64,000 nt of DNA from an uncultured Chloroflexia bacterium. Lineage in GTDB: Bacteria; Chloroflexota; Limnocylindria; QHBO01. Position numbers and translations under genes: made by a program. Shown here piece after piece: positions 17,000 to 27,689 of the stretch; the first letter of the stretch is position 1, and each line of letters starts with the position of its first letter. The stretch is from assembly GCA_963725885.1 (NCBI GenBank), contig CAVSAH010000003.1, forward strand, positions 449,697 to 513,696, written 5' to 3'. The notes under the pieces are model-generated. The model was not told the origin of the DNA and ran no database searches. It saw only the letters and a program-made list of their open reading frames with translations.

Positions 17000-18739
17000 T
17001 CAGCGCCAGCGCCGCGAGTCCTCCGGGATCAGCTCGACCCTCCGGTTGGGCTCGGAGCCGCGCGACCGCGACATGAGGGCATTGCGCTCGGCCATCTGGT
17101 GCTGGAGGCGGCGGATGTACGCGTTCTGAGGCGCGAGCTCGATCGACCGACCCGATGCCTGCACGAGCCCGATCGCCTCGGCCGTCTCGCGCAGCGCGGC
17201 CTCCTGCGGATCGGCCGTCAGCTCGAACAGGCTCGCCAGCATCCCCTCCATCTGGAGCGTCGTGTTCGACTTGAGGACGTAGATCGGCACGCCGTTCGAC
17301 TCCGCCTCTCGCAGCGCGGCCGGCTTGCGCTTGTAGTAGTTGCGGAGCGTCACGACCGCATCGGACTCGCCGAGGTCGCGGGCGACGTTGACCGGGACGC
17401 CGAGCTCGCGCACGGACTGCTCGAGGCGCTTCCGGCTGACGCCGAACGCGAACAGGCTCAAGGGCCGATGCGCGCGCTCGCCACCCGGGCGTCCCGCGCC
17501 GATGGGTCGCTCGAGCGACCGCTCGTCCATCTCGGCCAGCGCCTGCTCCAACTCATGGCGGGAGGCGCGGTCGTCGCCGCGTGGCGTCTCCTCGGGACCC
17601 GGCAGCGGCCGCAGCCCTCCCTCCGGACGCCCGCCGCGCGAAGAGCGCGAGAACGCGCCAAAGCCGCCGGTCGGCTCGAGCGGCGCGAAGGCCGTGCCGG
17701 TGGCCGAGTCACTGATGCGGTAGTCGTACTTCGTGGCGATCCGGACCTCGCCGGACGTGTCACGCGAGCGTGCCTCCGGCGGCACCATGTGCCCGCGGAG
17801 GATGGCGTCGACCGTCTCGGCCACGCTGCGATGCACGATGACGCTGTCCCGCTCGACGATCTCGACCAGGACGTCGAATGTCGGCGGCGCCTTGCGCTCG
17901 AGCACCGTCTTCTGCGTCCCGCGGCGCCGGGCCTCCTCGTCGCCGAGCGTCACGGGGGCGATGCCGCCGACCAGGTCCGACAGCGTCGGGTTGAGCATCA
18001 GGTTGTCGAGGGTGTTGCCGTGGGCCGTTCCGACCAGCTGCACGCCCCGCTCGGCGATCGTCCGCGCGGCACCTGCCTCGAGCTCCGTGCCGATCTCGTC
18101 GATGACGATGACCTCGGGCATGTGGTTCTCGACGGCCTCGATCATGACCGAGTGCTGCTCGGTCGGCGTCCGGACCTGCATGCGCCGCGCGTCGCCGATG
18201 CCGGGGTGCGGGATGTCGCCGTCGCCGGCGATCTCGTTGCTCGTGTCGACCACGATGACCCGCTTGCCGAGGTCATCGGCGAGGACGCGCGCGACCTCGC
18301 GCAGCATCGTCGTCTTGCCGACGCCGGGGCGGCCGAGCAGCAGCACCGACTGCCCGCCCTCGATCATGTCGCGCACGATGTCGATCGTCCCGAACACCGC
18401 CCGACCGATGCGGCAGGTGAGCCCGACGACCTTGCCCGACCGGTTGCGGATGGCGCTGATGCGGTGCAGCGTCCGCTCGATGCCGGCGCGGTTGTCGTCG
18501 CCGAAGGCGCCGATGTGGTCGATGACGTGGGCGATGTCCGCGTCGGTCACCTCGCGGTCGAGGAGGTCCTCCTCGCCGGTCGTGAACCGCGCCTCCGGCC
18601 GCCGCCCGAGATCCATGACGACCTCGAGCAGATCGGTCCGGTTGGCGACCGATGACAGGCGCGCGACGATCTCAGGCGGCAGCGCCGCCATGAGCGCATC
18701 GAGGTCGTCGGTCGTCTCGCGCCGTTCCATCTCCGTCAT
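17000..18739 (-). CDS. R3H-domain AAA ATPase (SpoIIIAA/Ycf45-like)
   Basis: Intact 579 aa from [12 protein letters not shown]. Walker A is [16 protein letters not shown] and Walker B is [11 protein letters not shown]-terminus has [32 protein letters not shown] and ..[22 protein letters not shown] (R3H-like). The track ORF to 19576 is an upstream read-through. Confidence 0.75.
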   Translation of the reverse strand: MTEMERRETTDDLDALMAALPPEIVARLSSVANRTDLLEVVMDLGRRPEARFTTGEEDLLDREVTDADIAHVIDHIGAFGDDNRAGIERTLHRISAIRNRSGKVVGLTCRIGRAVFGTIDIVRDMIEGGQSVLLLGRPGVGKTTMLREVARVLADDLGKRVIVVDTSNEIAGDGDIPHPGIGDARRMQVRTPTEQHSVMIEAVENHMPEVIVIDEIGTELEAGAARTIAERGVQLVGTAHGNTLDNLMLNPTLSDLVGGIAPVTLGDEEARRRGTQKTVLERKAPPTFDVLVEIVERDSVIVHRSVAETVDAILRGHMVPPEARSRDTSGEVRIATKYDYRISDSATGTAFAPLEPTGGFGAFSRSSRGGRPEGGLRPLPGPEETPRGDDRASRHELEQALAEMDERSLERPIGAGRPGGERAHRPLSLFAFGVSRKRLEQSVRELGVPVNVARDLGESDAVVTLRNYYKRKPAALREAESNGVPIYVLKSNTTLQMEGMLASLFELTADPQEAALRETAEAIGLVQASGRSIELAPQNAYIRRLQHQMAERNALMSRSRGSEPNRRVELIPEDSRRWR

Positions 18740-18750
18740 CGCTCCCCTTG

Positions 18751-19812
18751 CTAGCGGCTCGTCACCGGCACCATCGCCGGCTGGCGGACCTGGGCGCGGA
18801 CCTCGCGCACCAGCATGGTCACGCGGCCGATCGGCTCGAAGCCGACTGCCTGGGCCGCCCGCGCGCCCGCCGACTCGTATGTTCGCACCGGAGCGAGGAT
18901 TCCCGCAGCCAGCGCGTCCGATCCCATGCGCGCCAGTGCGGCATGCAGGAAGCCGGCCCCGTCCATGCCGTCGCGGACGAGCATCCGCAGGTAGTGCGGA
19001 CCATTCCGGCAGCTCCCGTACTGGGCGAATCCTCCGATGCGCTGCTCCCACGGCAGCAGCCAGGCGTTCACCTCGCCGAAGTGCAGGATCGGGTTGAGGG
19101 ACGAGCGCGGAACGATCGCCTCGTGCCCGACATCCTCCCAGTCGGCCGCGTTGTAGGCCTCGATGCGCGCGATTGCCGGCGGGGTGGCGTGGCTCCACAG
19201 GTCGAACAGGTGCCAGGCGTCGGGTGCCCCGGCCGGCTGGAGATCGGGGAGCTCGGGCGGACCGCCGCCACGCTTGCCGCGACCGTCGCGCGAGCGGAGA
19301 GCCCGCAGCCAGCCACGTGCGCCCCTGGCTGGCTCGGGCCGGCGCCACCAGATCTCCTCCTGGGCGTACGCCGCGAATCCGGCCTGGCCGAAGAGCTCGA
19401 GGTTCTCGCGCGCGTCGGCGCACGCCGCGTGGAAGCGCCCGACGTCGTGGCGGACGCCCTCCTCGACCAGTGCACTCAGCAGCGACCAGCGCACCTCGCC
19501 GGCCATCGGGCCGTCCGCCGCGTCGAGCTCGGTGATGACCCAGTCCTCGCGGTGCGGCTCCTCGATGGCCCGACACGAGCCGACGATCTCACCGTCCACC
19601 TCCGCGACGAGGTGGACCGAGGGGGCGCGCATCGGCAGCCACGAGGGCATCAGCGCCGAGAGGCTGATCTGGCTCGTCTCGCTGGTCGGGGCCGGGACCC
19701 CAAGGCTGCGGCGGTGCGCGTCGGCAGAGGCATGCACGCGACGCGAGAGCTCGGCCAGCGCCTGCCGGTCGGTGAGCCGCGCGCCGCGAACGTCGAGCTC
19801 CGGCTCGATCAC
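18751..19812 (-). CDS. Putative GNAT-family acetyltransferase (two GNAT-like halves)
   Basis: Intact 353-aa ORF with a GTG start overlapping the pdxT stop (GTGA). Contains [12 protein letters not shown].. and ..[17 protein letters not shown], a loose GNAT pattern. Confidence 0.5.
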   Translation of the reverse strand: MIEPELDVRGARLTDRQALAELSRRVHASADAHRRSLGVPAPTSETSQISLSALMPSWLPMRAPSVHLVAEVDGEIVGSCRAIEEPHREDWVITELDAADGPMAGEVRWSLLSALVEEGVRHDVGRFHAACADARENLELFGQAGFAAYAQEEIWWRRPEPARGARGWLRALRSRDGRGKRGGGPPELPDLQPAGAPDAWHLFDLWSHATPPAIARIEAYNAADWEDVGHEAIVPRSSLNPILHFGEVNAWLLPWEQRIGGFAQYGSCRNGPHYLRMLVRDGMDGAGFLHAALARMGSDALAAGILAPVRTYESAGARAAQAVGFEPIGRVTMLVREVRAQVRQPAMVPVTSR

Positions 19813-20421
19813 GCGCGCCGCCCCGCCTCCTGGTGGACCATCTCAAGGAGGAGCCGATGCATCGCGCCGGTCATCGGTCAGCTCCGGGTGGAATGCGGTC
19901 GCCAGCACGCGACCCTGGCGCAGCGCCACCGGGTTGCCATCCGGGTCGCGGGCGAGGACCTCGACCCCCGGCCCGACCTCGTCCACGATCGGGGCCCTGA
20001 TGAAGACGCCGTGAAGCGGCTCGTCGCCCAGCGCCGGGACGTCGAGGTCGGCCTCGAAGCTGTCGAGCTGGCGGCCGTAGCCGTTGCGCCGCACCCCCAC
20101 GTTCAGCAGGCCGAAGACCGGCTCTTCCCCGTCGGTGATGCGCTCGGCGAGCAGGATCATGCCGGCGCAGGTGCCGAGCACCGGGGCGCCGCCGCGGGCC
20201 ATGGCAGCGATCGGCTCGCGCAGGTTGTAGGCGTCGATGAGCCGGCGCATCGTCGTCGACTCGCCACCGGGCAGGACGAGCGCGTCGAGGTCGACCAGGT
20301 CGCGCGGCAGGCGCACCTCGACCGCCTCGGCGCCGATGTCGGTGATGGCCTGGACGTGCTCGCGCACCGCGCCCTGCAGCGCGAGGACGCCGATGCGCGC
20401 CCGACCCGCAGCCGGCTCCAT
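19809..20421 (-). CDS. pdxT: Pyridoxal 5'-phosphate synthase glutaminase subunit PdxT (1 frame break near the 3' end)
   Basis: IGVLALQGAVREHV..LVLPGGESTTM..PVLGTCAGMILLA..VRRNGYGRQLDSFEA..GVFIRAP..LATAFHPELTDDRR, then in the next frame [17 protein letters not shown]. Break near 19865. Confidence 0.9.
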
Positions 20422-20425
20422 CGGC

Positions 20426-21316
20426 CTACCAGCCGCGAACGGCCAGGCGCTCCTCCGGCGGGATCTCGCCTGAGCTGATGCCGAGCATCGGTGCGCCGAG
20501 GCCGGTGCTCACCTCGGCCACGATGTCGGGGTTGTCGTAGTGCGTCGTGGCGCGGACGATCGCCTTCGCGTAGCGCTCGGGGTCCTCGCTCTTGAAGATC
20601 CCGCTACCGACGAAGACGGCCTCGGCCCCGAGCTGGCGCATGAGGCTGGCATCGGCCGGGGTGGCGACGCCGCCGGCGCTGAAGTTCGGCACGGGCAGCG
20701 CACCGAGCTCCGCGGTCTGCTTGACCACCTCGACCGGGGCGCGCAGCTCCTTGGCCGCGGCGAAGAGCTCGTCGTCGCGCATGTTCGCGAGGCGCCGGAT
20801 GCCGGACTGCACCGAGCGCATGTGACGCACCGCCTCGACGATGTCCCCGGTGCCGGCCTCGCCCTTGGTCCGGATCATCGCCGCGCCCTCGCCGATGCGT
20901 CGAAGCGCCTCACCCAGGTCGCGGCAACCGCACACGAACGGCACCTTGAACTCGTGCTTGTCGATGTGGTGCTCCTCGTCGGCGGGAGTCAGCACCTCGG
21001 ACTCGTCGATGTAGTCGACCTCGAGCGACTCGAGCACCTGGGCCTCGGCGAAGTGACCGATGCGGCACTTGGCCATGACCGGGATGCTGACCGCCTGCTT
21101 GATCTCGCTGATGAGCTTCGGGTCGCTCATGCGCGCCACGCCGCCGAACTTGCGGATGTCCGACGGGACGCGCTCGAGGGCCATGACCGCCACGGCGCCC
21201 GCCTCCTCGGCGATGCGCGCGTGCTCGGCGGTCACCACGTCCATGATCACGCCGCCCGCGAGCATGCGGGCGAGCCCGACCTTGGTGGCCCAGGTGGATC
21301 GCTCGATGGTGGTCAT
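20426..21316 (-). CDS. pdxS: Pyridoxal 5'-phosphate synthase lyase subunit PdxS
   Basis: Intact 296 aa: [94 protein letters not shown]. Confidence 0.96.
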   Translation of the reverse strand: MTTIERSTWATKVGLARMLAGGVIMDVVTAEHARIAEEAGAVAVMALERVPSDIRKFGGVARMSDPKLISEIKQAVSIPVMAKCRIGHFAEAQVLESLEVDYIDESEVLTPADEEHHIDKHEFKVPFVCGCRDLGEALRRIGEGAAMIRTKGEAGTGDIVEAVRHMRSVQSGIRRLANMRDDELFAAAKELRAPVEVVKQTAELGALPVPNFSAGGVATPADASLMRQLGAEAVFVGSGIFKSEDPERYAKAIVRATTHYDNPDIVAEVSTGLGAPMLGISSGEIPPEERLAVRGW

Positions 21317-21327
21317 AACAGCCTCGC

Positions 21328-21333
21328 ATTCTA
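21328..21333 (-). promoter_or_regulatory. Candidate -10 element (TAGAAT) for pdxS
   Basis: Minus strand reads cggagTAGAATgcgaggctgttATG, with the -10 hexamer 11 nt from the pdxS ATG. Confidence 0.35.
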
Positions 21334-21396
21334 CTCCGGGACCGGCCGGTTCCTCGACGGGGACCTTGGGCCGGCGACGCCGATCGTGAACGCCGT

Positions 21397-21405
21397 TGCT
21401 ATGAT
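21397..21405 (+). promoter_or_regulatory. Extended -10 element TGCTATGAT upstream of the HNH gene
   Basis: cgtTGCTATGATccgcccgagaggcgtacgaacgaaATG; matches the recurrent TGCTAnnnT word. Confidence 0.4.
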
Positions 21406-21429
21406 CCGCCCGAGAGGCGTACGAACGAA

Positions 21430-21969
21430 ATGATCAATGCAGCCGTCCTGGTGCTCAACCAGAACTACGAACCCCTCAACGTCTGCGACATCAGGCGTGC
21501 GTTCCGCCTGCTCGGCGCCGCGAAGGCCGAGCTCCTTGCCAACAACCACCAGCTGATTCACACGCCGACGCTGGAGATCCGTGCGCCGTCGGTGATCCGG
21601 CTCCAGTACCACGTCAAGCGTCCGCAGCCGCGGGTCCGCCTGAGTCGACGCGAGGTCTTCACGCGGGACCGACACGTGTGCCAGTACTGCGGGACGAGCA
21701 GTCGCGACCTGACCATCGACCACGTCATGCCCAAGCATCGTGGCGGCCGCCACGAATGGGAGAACCTCGTGGCAGCGTGCCGTTCGTGCAACCACCGGAA
21801 GGGTGGCAAGACGCTGGCCGAGGCCCGCATGCGGCTCATGCGCGAGCCTCGCGCGCCGCGCGCCGACCTGCGCTACCTGTTCGGCTCGTACCTGTCCGAC
21901 GACCGCAACGACGCATGGCGGACCTACCTCTTCCTCGGGCCGACCGCGTCGCCGCACCGAGCCGATTGA
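21430..21969 (+). CDS. HNH endonuclease family protein
   Basis: Intact 179 aa: [45 protein letters not shown] (HNH/Zn-finger core). Confidence 0.85.
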   Translation: MINAAVLVLNQNYEPLNVCDIRRAFRLLGAAKAELLANNHQLIHTPTLEIRAPSVIRLQYHVKRPQPRVRLSRREVFTRDRHVCQYCGTSSRDLTIDHVMPKHRGGRHEWENLVAACRSCNHRKGGKTLAEARMRLMREPRAPRADLRYLFGSYLSDDRNDAWRTYLFLGPTASPHRAD

Positions 21970-21980
21970 GGGGGCGACCG

Positions 21981-23372
21981 GTGGCGACCGGCCGTGAGCT
22001 CGTCATCGCGGACCTGCCGGGGCCGGTCGCCGGCGTGCTCGAGGCGCTGGCCGCCGCGGGACACGAGGCGGTCCTCGTCGGCGGCTGCGTTCGCGACCAG
22101 CTCCTCGGCCGGCCGCATGCCGACTGGGACGCCGCGACGTCGGCCCGCCCCGAGGAGGTCGCCGCGCTGTTCGGCGGCTCGACGTGGGAGAACCGGTTCG
22201 GGACCGTCACCGTCCTCGGGCCGCCGCCGGTCGAGGTCACCTCGTATCGCGCGGAGGGCGAGTACCGCGATCGCCGCCGCCCGGACGAGATCCGGTTCGG
22301 GGTGTCCCTCGAGGAGGACCTGGCTCGGCGCGACTTCACCGTCAACGCGATCGCGTGGGTCCCCACCGACCTCGCCGCCGGCCGCGGCCGCCTGGTCGAT
22401 CCCCACGGCGGGGAACGCGACCTGGAGGACGGCATCCTGCGCGCCGTCGGCGACCCGTCGGAGCGCCTCGAGGAGGATGCCCTCAGGCTGGTTCGCGCCT
22501 GCCGGCTGGCCTCCGCCCTCGGGCTGCGGATCGATCCGGCGACGGAGGCGGCGATCGTCACCCGTGCCGCCAGCGTGGCGGGCGTTTCGGGCGAGCGGAT
22601 TCGCGACGAGCTGCAACGCATGCTCGATCTCGACCCCTCACCGTCGACCGCGCTGCTCCTCCTCGAGCGGCTTGGCCTGCTCGGCTTCGTCCTCCCCGAG
22701 GTTGCCGCGCTGCGCGGCGTGCCCCAGGCCAAGCTGGTGCCCGGCGATGCGCTGGACCACACGCTGCGGGCGGTGGACCTGGCGCCCTCCGGCGATCACG
22801 ACCTGCGGCTGTCCGCCCTGCTCCACGACATCGGGAAGGCGCATACCGCCCGGGACGGCCGCTTCATCGGCCATGAGCGCGTCGGCGCCGACCTCGCGAC
22901 CGGGGCGCTGCGGCGGCTGCGGCTGCCGGGAGCGCGCGTCGAGCGGATCGCCGGCGTGATCGGTCATCACATGTACGCCTACGAGCCCGGCTGGACCGAT
23001 GCCGCGGTCCGGCGCTTCATTCGCCGCCTCGACGGGATCGACCGCGGGCTCCTGTTCGCGCTGCGCCGCGCCGACGATGCGGCATCCGGCGTCGGCGAGC
23101 TGGGGGAGCGTGTCCAGGCCGAGCTGGAGCATCGCATCGGTGAGCAGCTGGCGCGAGAGCCGGGGATCCTGGTCGAGCACCGCCTGGCGATCGACGGCCA
23201 CGACCTCCAGCGAGATCTGGGCGTGGCGGCCGGGCCGGACATCGGCAGGATCCTCGATCGGCTGACCGAGGTCGTGCTCGACGACCCGAGCCGCAACGAG
23301 CCGGAGGAGCTCCTGGCGCTGGCGCGGGCGTTGACCGCGGGCACCAGCGACCCGCCGCCAACCGGACGCTGA
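21981..23372 (+). CDS. cca: CCA-adding enzyme / tRNA nucleotidyltransferase with HD domain
   Basis: GTG at 21981 behind GAGGGGG: LVGGCVRDQLLGRPHADWDAAT..RRDFTVNAIA..DPHGGERDLEDGILRAVGDPSERLEEDALRLVRACRLAS..LLHDIGK. The track ORF from 21678 overlaps the HNH gene and is a read-through. Confidence 0.85.
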   Translation: MATGRELVIADLPGPVAGVLEALAAAGHEAVLVGGCVRDQLLGRPHADWDAATSARPEEVAALFGGSTWENRFGTVTVLGPPPVEVTSYRAEGEYRDRRRPDEIRFGVSLEEDLARRDFTVNAIAWVPTDLAAGRGRLVDPHGGERDLEDGILRAVGDPSERLEEDALRLVRACRLASALGLRIDPATEAAIVTRAASVAGVSGERIRDELQRMLDLDPSPSTALLLLERLGLLGFVLPEVAALRGVPQAKLVPGDALDHTLRAVDLAPSGDHDLRLSALLHDIGKAHTARDGRFIGHERVGADLATGALRRLRLPGARVERIAGVIGHHMYAYEPGWTDAAVRRFIRRLDGIDRGLLFALRRADDAASGVGELGERVQAELEHRIGEQLAREPGILVEHRLAIDGHDLQRDLGVAAGPDIGRILDRLTEVVLDDPSRNEPEELLALARALTAGTSDPPPTGR

Positions 23373-23394
23373 GGGCTGGCGTCGCGACGGGCGC

Positions 23395-23403
23395 TGCTAC
23401 AAT
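23395..23403 (+). promoter_or_regulatory. Extended -10 element TGCTACAAT upstream of deoC-galE
   Basis: gcgcTGCTACAATcgg lies 69 nt before the deoC ATG. GGAGGG sits at 23455-23460. Confidence 0.4.
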
Positions 23404-23471
23404 CGGCGGTCCGTACCGAACCGGATAGCTCCAGGCATTTTTCGTCACCGACCCGGAGGGATCGTGCTCCG

Positions 23472-24164
23472 ATGACCGCCAGCGTGCGTCGGGCCCTGCG
23501 GCTCGAGCACCGGGTGACCCAGCCCACCGCCTCGCTGGCGGATCTCGATGCCGCCCTGGCCCTTGCCACGGAGCACGAGATCGCCTCGCTGACGGTCAAC
23601 CCCTGGTTGGTGAAGGCCGCCAAGCGGACGCTCGGGCGCACGGGCGTCACCCTCGGGACGGTCATCGGCTTTCCCCATGGCAGCCAGCTGTTGAGCGTCA
23701 AGGCGTTCGAGGCCTCCCGGGCGCTCGAGCAGGGCGCGATGCAGATCGACTTCGTCCTCAACGGCGGCGCGCTGGCCTCCGGCGACGACGAGACCGTCTT
23801 CAACGACATGCTCGCCGTGGTCGAGATGGCGCACTCCGCGCTCGCCTCGGCCGGCGTCATCGTCGAGCCCGCTCCGATGACCGAGGATCTCGTCCGTCAC
23901 GCATGCAATCTCGCGGAGCGCGCCGGAGCCGACTACGTCGTTACCAGCAGCGGGGCCGCGACGGCGGATGCCAGCATCGCGCGGGCGCGGGTCCTGCGCG
24001 ACAGCGTGGGCCCGCGCGTCGCGGTGAAAGCGTCGGGCCGATTCCGCAGCCTCGACCAGCTCCTCGAGGCGGTCGACGCCGGCGCATCGCGCGTGTCGAC
24101 CCTGTTGACCCCGTCGCTGGCCCGATCGGTGGCGAGCACGTCCGAGCTCGTCGCCGTCGGCTAG
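23472..24164 (+). CDS. deoC: Deoxyribose-phosphate aldolase
   Basis: Intact 230 aa: SLTVNPWLV..TVIGFPHGS..QIDFVLN..GADYVVTSSG..RVAVKASGRF (Schiff-base Lys context). Confidence 0.85.
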   Translation: MTASVRRALRLEHRVTQPTASLADLDAALALATEHEIASLTVNPWLVKAAKRTLGRTGVTLGTVIGFPHGSQLLSVKAFEASRALEQGAMQIDFVLNGGALASGDDETVFNDMLAVVEMAHSALASAGVIVEPAPMTEDLVRHACNLAERAGADYVVTSSGAATADASIARARVLRDSVGPRVAVKASGRFRSLDQLLEAVDAGASRVSTLLTPSLARSVASTSELVAVG

Positions 24165-24181
24165 GTCGAAAGGAGGGTGTA

Positions 24182-25219
24182 TTGAGGATCCTCGTCGTCG
24201 GAGGCGCCGGGTACATCGGCTCGACAAGCGTCGAGCGCTTCGTCGAGGCAGGCCACGAGGTCGTCGTCTACGACAACCTTTCGAGCGGCCACGCCGCCGC
24301 CGTGGCCGACGGCGCCAGGCTGATCGTCGGTGACGTCGCCGATGCGCGCCGCCTCGGCCAGGTCCTCGCCGACGGCATCGATGCCGTCCTCCACTGCGCG
24401 GCCCGTTCCCTCATCGGCGAGTCGATGGCCGACCCCGGCCTCTACTACCGGGTCAACGTCGCCGGAGGCGTCGCGCTCCTCGAGGCGATGCGGGCCACCG
24501 GCGTGACGCGCCTGGTCTACAGCTCGACCGCGGCGGTCTATGGCGAGCCGCGGCGGGTCCCGATCGCCGAGGCCGACCGCACGCAGCCAATCAACCCGTA
24601 CGGCGAGACGAAACTCGCCTTCGAGGGTGCCATGCGCTGGTTCTGCGCGGCTCACGACTTCCGGGCCATCAGCCTGCGCTACTTCAACGTCGCCGGAGCG
24701 ACAGAGCGCAACGGCGAGGACCACGACCCGGAGACGCACCTCATTCCGCTCGTCCTCCGCGTCGCCGCCGGCGAGGCCACCCATGTCCAGATCTTCGGCC
24801 AGGACTATCCGACGCCGGACGGCACCTGCATCCGCGACTTCATCCACGTCCGCGATCTCGCCAACGCGCACCTGCTGGCGCTCGAGGCCACCGGAGAGGC
24901 CGATGCGAGCCTCGAGGTCTACAACCTCGGCTCCGCCGCGGGGTTCAGCGTGCGCGAGGTCGTCGAGGCGGCGCGTCGCGTGACAGGACGAGCGGTCCCG
25001 GCAAGGCCGGTACGCCGCCGCGTGGGTGATCCTCCGGTACTCGTTGCGAGCTCACGCCGAGCCCGTCGCGAGCTGGGCTGGAACCCGCTCCACTCCACGC
25101 TCGAGCACATGCTCGCCGACGCGTGGGCCTGGCGCGAGACGCATCCCGATGGCTACGCGGACCCACGGCGCGACGCGGCGGCGGCGCCAGTCGAGCGGAT
25201 CGCGGTCGGCGCGAGCTAG
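24182..25219 (+). CDS. galE: UDP-glucose 4-epimerase
   Basis: TTG start 5 nt after AAGGAGGG: RILVVGGAGYIGS..YSSTAAVYG..PINPYGETKLAFE..LRYFNVAGA..YPTPDGTCIRDFIHVRDLA. The track ORF from 23903 is an upstream read-through. Confidence 0.9.
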   Translation: MRILVVGGAGYIGSTSVERFVEAGHEVVVYDNLSSGHAAAVADGARLIVGDVADARRLGQVLADGIDAVLHCAARSLIGESMADPGLYYRVNVAGGVALLEAMRATGVTRLVYSSTAAVYGEPRRVPIAEADRTQPINPYGETKLAFEGAMRWFCAAHDFRAISLRYFNVAGATERNGEDHDPETHLIPLVLRVAAGEATHVQIFGQDYPTPDGTCIRDFIHVRDLANAHLLALEATGEADASLEVYNLGSAAGFSVREVVEAARRVTGRAVPARPVRRRVGDPPVLVASSRRARRELGWNPLHSTLEHMLADAWAWRETHPDGYADPRRDAAAAPVERIAVGAS

Positions 25220-25635
25220 GCGCCGGCGCACTCCGCGCACAGCCCGTAGAAGTCGAGCCGGGCGTCGTCGATCCTGAAGCCGCGGTCGCGCTCGATGCGC
25301 CTGGCCACCGGCGCCACGTACGTCTCGCCGATCTCGTCGACCCGGCCGCACCGCCGGCAGGCCAGGTGATGGTGGTGCCCGGAGCGGCACGCAACGTAGC
25401 CGTAGACGTGGCCATCGAGCTCCATGCGCCGCGCCGCACCCGCCGCAACGAGCGCCTCCAGCGAGCGGAATACCGTGGCCCGGCCGATGGCCGAGCGTCT
25501 CCGTCGGAGCCGCTCGTACAGCTCCTGGGCGGTGACCTGCCGTCCCGCCGCCTCCAGGGCGTCGGCGACCTCGAGACGCTGGGCGGTGACCCGCTCGCCC
25601 GCGCGTCGCAGCCGATCCTCGGTCGTGCGGGCCAT
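25216..25635 (-). CDS. zur: Fur-family metalloregulator, probably Zur
   Basis: 139 aa from MARTTEDRLRRAGERVTAQR..ATVFRSLEALV..CRSGHHHHLACRRCGRVDEI..FYGLCAEC (two CxxC pairs). The ATG overlaps the zupT TGA, indicating co-transcription with a ZIP transporter. Confidence 0.8.
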   Translation of the reverse strand: MARTTEDRLRRAGERVTAQRLEVADALEAAGRQVTAQELYERLRRRRSAIGRATVFRSLEALVAAGAARRMELDGHVYGYVACRSGHHHHLACRRCGRVDEIGETYVAPVARRIERDRGFRIDDARLDFYGLCAECAGA

Positions 25636-26390
25636 CACGCGGCGCCCACCGCGCCGGCGAATATCGAGAAGGCGTAGATCGCGGCGACACCGGCAAGCGT
25701 GGCGACGACGACCCAGCGCGATCGATCGCTGCGGTGCGCCTCGGGCAGCAGCTCGGCCGCTCCGATGTACAGGAAGAACCCGGCGAAGACCGCGAGGAGC
25801 GCGCCGAGCGCCGCGTCCGGGATCGGCAGCGCCAGCCCCACGATCACGCCCATCACCGGGGCCAGCGCGACGAGCGCCACCCATCGGACGATCTCCTCTC
25901 GCGGTCGGCGGCTCGCCAGCAGAAGGCTCACGATCCCGATCCCGTCGCTGAAGCGGTGCACGACCACGACGAACCCGATCACGAGGCCCAGCCCACCGCC
26001 CACCGCCAGCCCCGCCGCGAGCGCCACGCCGTCGAGGAAGCTGTGGAGGCTCATGCCGATGGCACCGATGAACCCGAGGTGCCGATGCCCGACGCCCCCG
26101 TGGTCGAGCTCGGACGCCGTCTCGTGGCCGACATGGATCGAGGTGAGCTTCTCGATGGTGTAGAAGGCCAGGAACCCGAAGGCGGTGAAGATCATCGCCG
26201 TCTCGAGCGACCCGAGATGCACGACGCTCTCGGGAATGAGGTCGAAGAAGGCCGCACCGATGCGGATCCCCGCGCCGAACGCGATGATCAGCCCAACGTG
26301 TCCCACGGCGCGGAGCGCGAGGAGGCCGCCGGCGAGCGCGGAGGCAAACGCGCTGAGAGAGACGACCAGGGCGGCCACGGCGGTGGTCAT
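25635..26390 (-). CDS. zupT: ZIP-family divalent metal (zinc) transporter
   Basis: 251 aa from MTTAVAALVVSL..: GMSLHSFLDGVALAAG..VVVHRFSDGIGIVSLL..AGFFLYIGAAELLPEAH (ZIP motifs). Confidence 0.85.
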   Translation of the reverse strand: MTTAVAALVVSLSAFASALAGGLLALRAVGHVGLIIAFGAGIRIGAAFFDLIPESVVHLGSLETAMIFTAFGFLAFYTIEKLTSIHVGHETASELDHGGVGHRHLGFIGAIGMSLHSFLDGVALAAGLAVGGGLGLVIGFVVVVHRFSDGIGIVSLLLASRRPREEIVRWVALVALAPVMGVIVGLALPIPDAALGALLAVFAGFFLYIGAAELLPEAHRSDRSRWVVVATLAGVAAIYAFSIFAGAVGAA

Positions 26391-26399
26391 ACGAGACTG

Positions 26400-26405
26400 A
26401 GTATC
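26400..26405 (-). promoter_or_regulatory. Candidate -10 element (GATACT) 9 nt upstream of the zupT ATG
   Basis: Minus strand reads cagatGATACTcagtctcgtATG; leaderless-type spacing. Confidence 0.3.
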
Positions 26406-26446
26406 ATCTGGGCGCCTCGGTCGGTCAAGGGCCAGGCGGGCAGGCG

Positions 26447-26455
26447 TGCTACGAT
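26447..26455 (+). promoter_or_regulatory. Extended -10 element TGCTACGAT upstream of the DEAD-box helicase gene
   Basis: ggcgTGCTACGATcgg lies 34 nt before the GTG at 26490, with GGAG at 26481. Confidence 0.4.
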
Positions 26456-26489
26456 CGGCCGACCGACGTTGATCCCCACTGGAGCGGCC

Positions 26490-27689
26490 GTGCCCGACCA
26501 GGACCCCACAACCCCATCCGATTTCGAGGTGGCCGCGCGCGCCGCGGCTGCCGGCTACCGGTTCGGCGAGATCGAGGTACCCGCCACGATCGCCCGCGCC
26601 ATCGACGAGATGGGATTCGTCACGCCGACGGAAGTGCAGGCCGGCGCCATCCCGCCGCTGCGGCGCGGCGAGGATCTCATCGGCCAGGCCCAGACGGGCA
26701 CCGGCAAGACGGCCGCCTTCGGCATCCCGATCGTCGAGAAGATCGACCCGGGCAGCCAGCACGTCCAGGCCCTGATCCTGACCCCGACCCGCGAGCTGTG
26801 CGTGCAGGTCACCGAGGAGGTCGCCCGCCTCGGCCGCTTCCGTGGCATTCGGACCGTGGCCATCTACGGCGGCTCATCCATGGATCGGCAGATCGACGCC
26901 CTCAAGCGCGGCGCGCAGGTCGTGATCGGCACACCGGGGCGGGTGCTCGACCTCGTGCGTCGCCGCGAGCTGCAGCTCGACCGGGTCCACACCGTCATCC
27001 TCGACGAGGCCGATCGGATGCTCGACATGGGCTTCATCGTCGACGTCGAGACGATCCTGGCTCGCTGCCCGCGCGAGCGACAGACCGCGCTCTTCAGCGC
27101 CACGATGCCGTACGCCATCCTCCGCATCTGCGACCGGTTCATGAGGCGCAACCCCGCGCACGTGACCGTGCGGCCGGACCTGCGCACCGTCGAGACGGTG
27201 CGACAGCTCGTGTACTTCGTCGCCGAGCAGGACAAAGTGGCCGCGCTCGTCGAGCTCAACGAGCATTACGGGTTCGATCGGCTGCTCGTCTTCCGGCACA
27301 CGCAGATCGGCGTCGACCGACTCGCCGCCACCCTGAAACGCCGCGGGAAGAACGTCGCTGCGCTCCACGGGGGTCTCAGCCAGCGCGAGCGCGACCGCAC
27401 CCTGGCGGCCTTCAAGGCGGGCAAGATCCAGTTCCTCATCGCGACGAACGTCGCCTCGCGCGGCCTCGACATCACCGACCTGCCCTACGTGCTGAGCTTC
27501 GACATCCCCGAGGACGCCGACACGTACGTCCATCGCATCGGCCGCACCGGGCGGGCCGGCAAGGAGGGGACTGCCATCACCTTCGTGGGGGAGTGGGACC
27601 TGGTCGCCTGGGAGGCCATCCGCGGCGAGGTCGGGGCCAACGTCGAGGAGGGCCAGCTCGACCTGTATGGACCCGAACCTTCGGGATGA
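26490..27689 (+). CDS. DEAD-box ATP-dependent RNA helicase
   Basis: 399 aa from the GTG: PTEVQAGAIP (Q motif), AQTGTGKTAAF, PTRELC, TPGRVLD, ILDEADRMLDMGF, SAT, LIATNVASRGLDI, YVHRIGRTGRAG. The track ORF from 25734 is an antisense read-through of zupT. Confidence 0.92.
   Translation: MPDQDPTTPSDFEVAARAAAAGYRFGEIEVPATIARAIDEMGFVTPTEVQAGAIPPLRRGEDLIGQAQTGTGKTAAFGIPIVEKIDPGSQHVQALILTPTRELCVQVTEEVARLGRFRGIRTVAIYGGSSMDRQIDALKRGAQVVIGTPGRVLDLVRRRELQLDRVHTVILDEADRMLDMGFIVDVETILARCPRERQTALFSATMPYAILRICDRFMRRNPAHVTVRPDLRTVETVRQLVYFVAEQDKVAALVELNEHYGFDRLLVFRHTQIGVDRLAATLKRRGKNVAALHGGLSQRERDRTLAAFKAGKIQFLIATNVASRGLDITDLPYVLSFDIPEDADTYVHRIGRTGRAGKEGTAITFVGEWDLVAWEAIRGEVGANVEEGQLDLYGPEPSG

Noticed and set aside
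21430-21969. HNH endonuclease as a mobile homing element
   Set aside because: It is a stand-alone gene between pdxS and cca. It has its own promoter-like element, no intein/intron context and no flanking repeats. It looks like the conserved chromosomal HNH family.
23404-23471. T-run (ggcatttttcgtc) after cca, considered as an intrinsic terminator or as part of a riboswitch before deoC
   Set aside because: Only a 4-bp stem (CGGT/ACCG) can be drawn upstream of the T-run, and I recognised no conserved riboswitch core. It is left unannotated.
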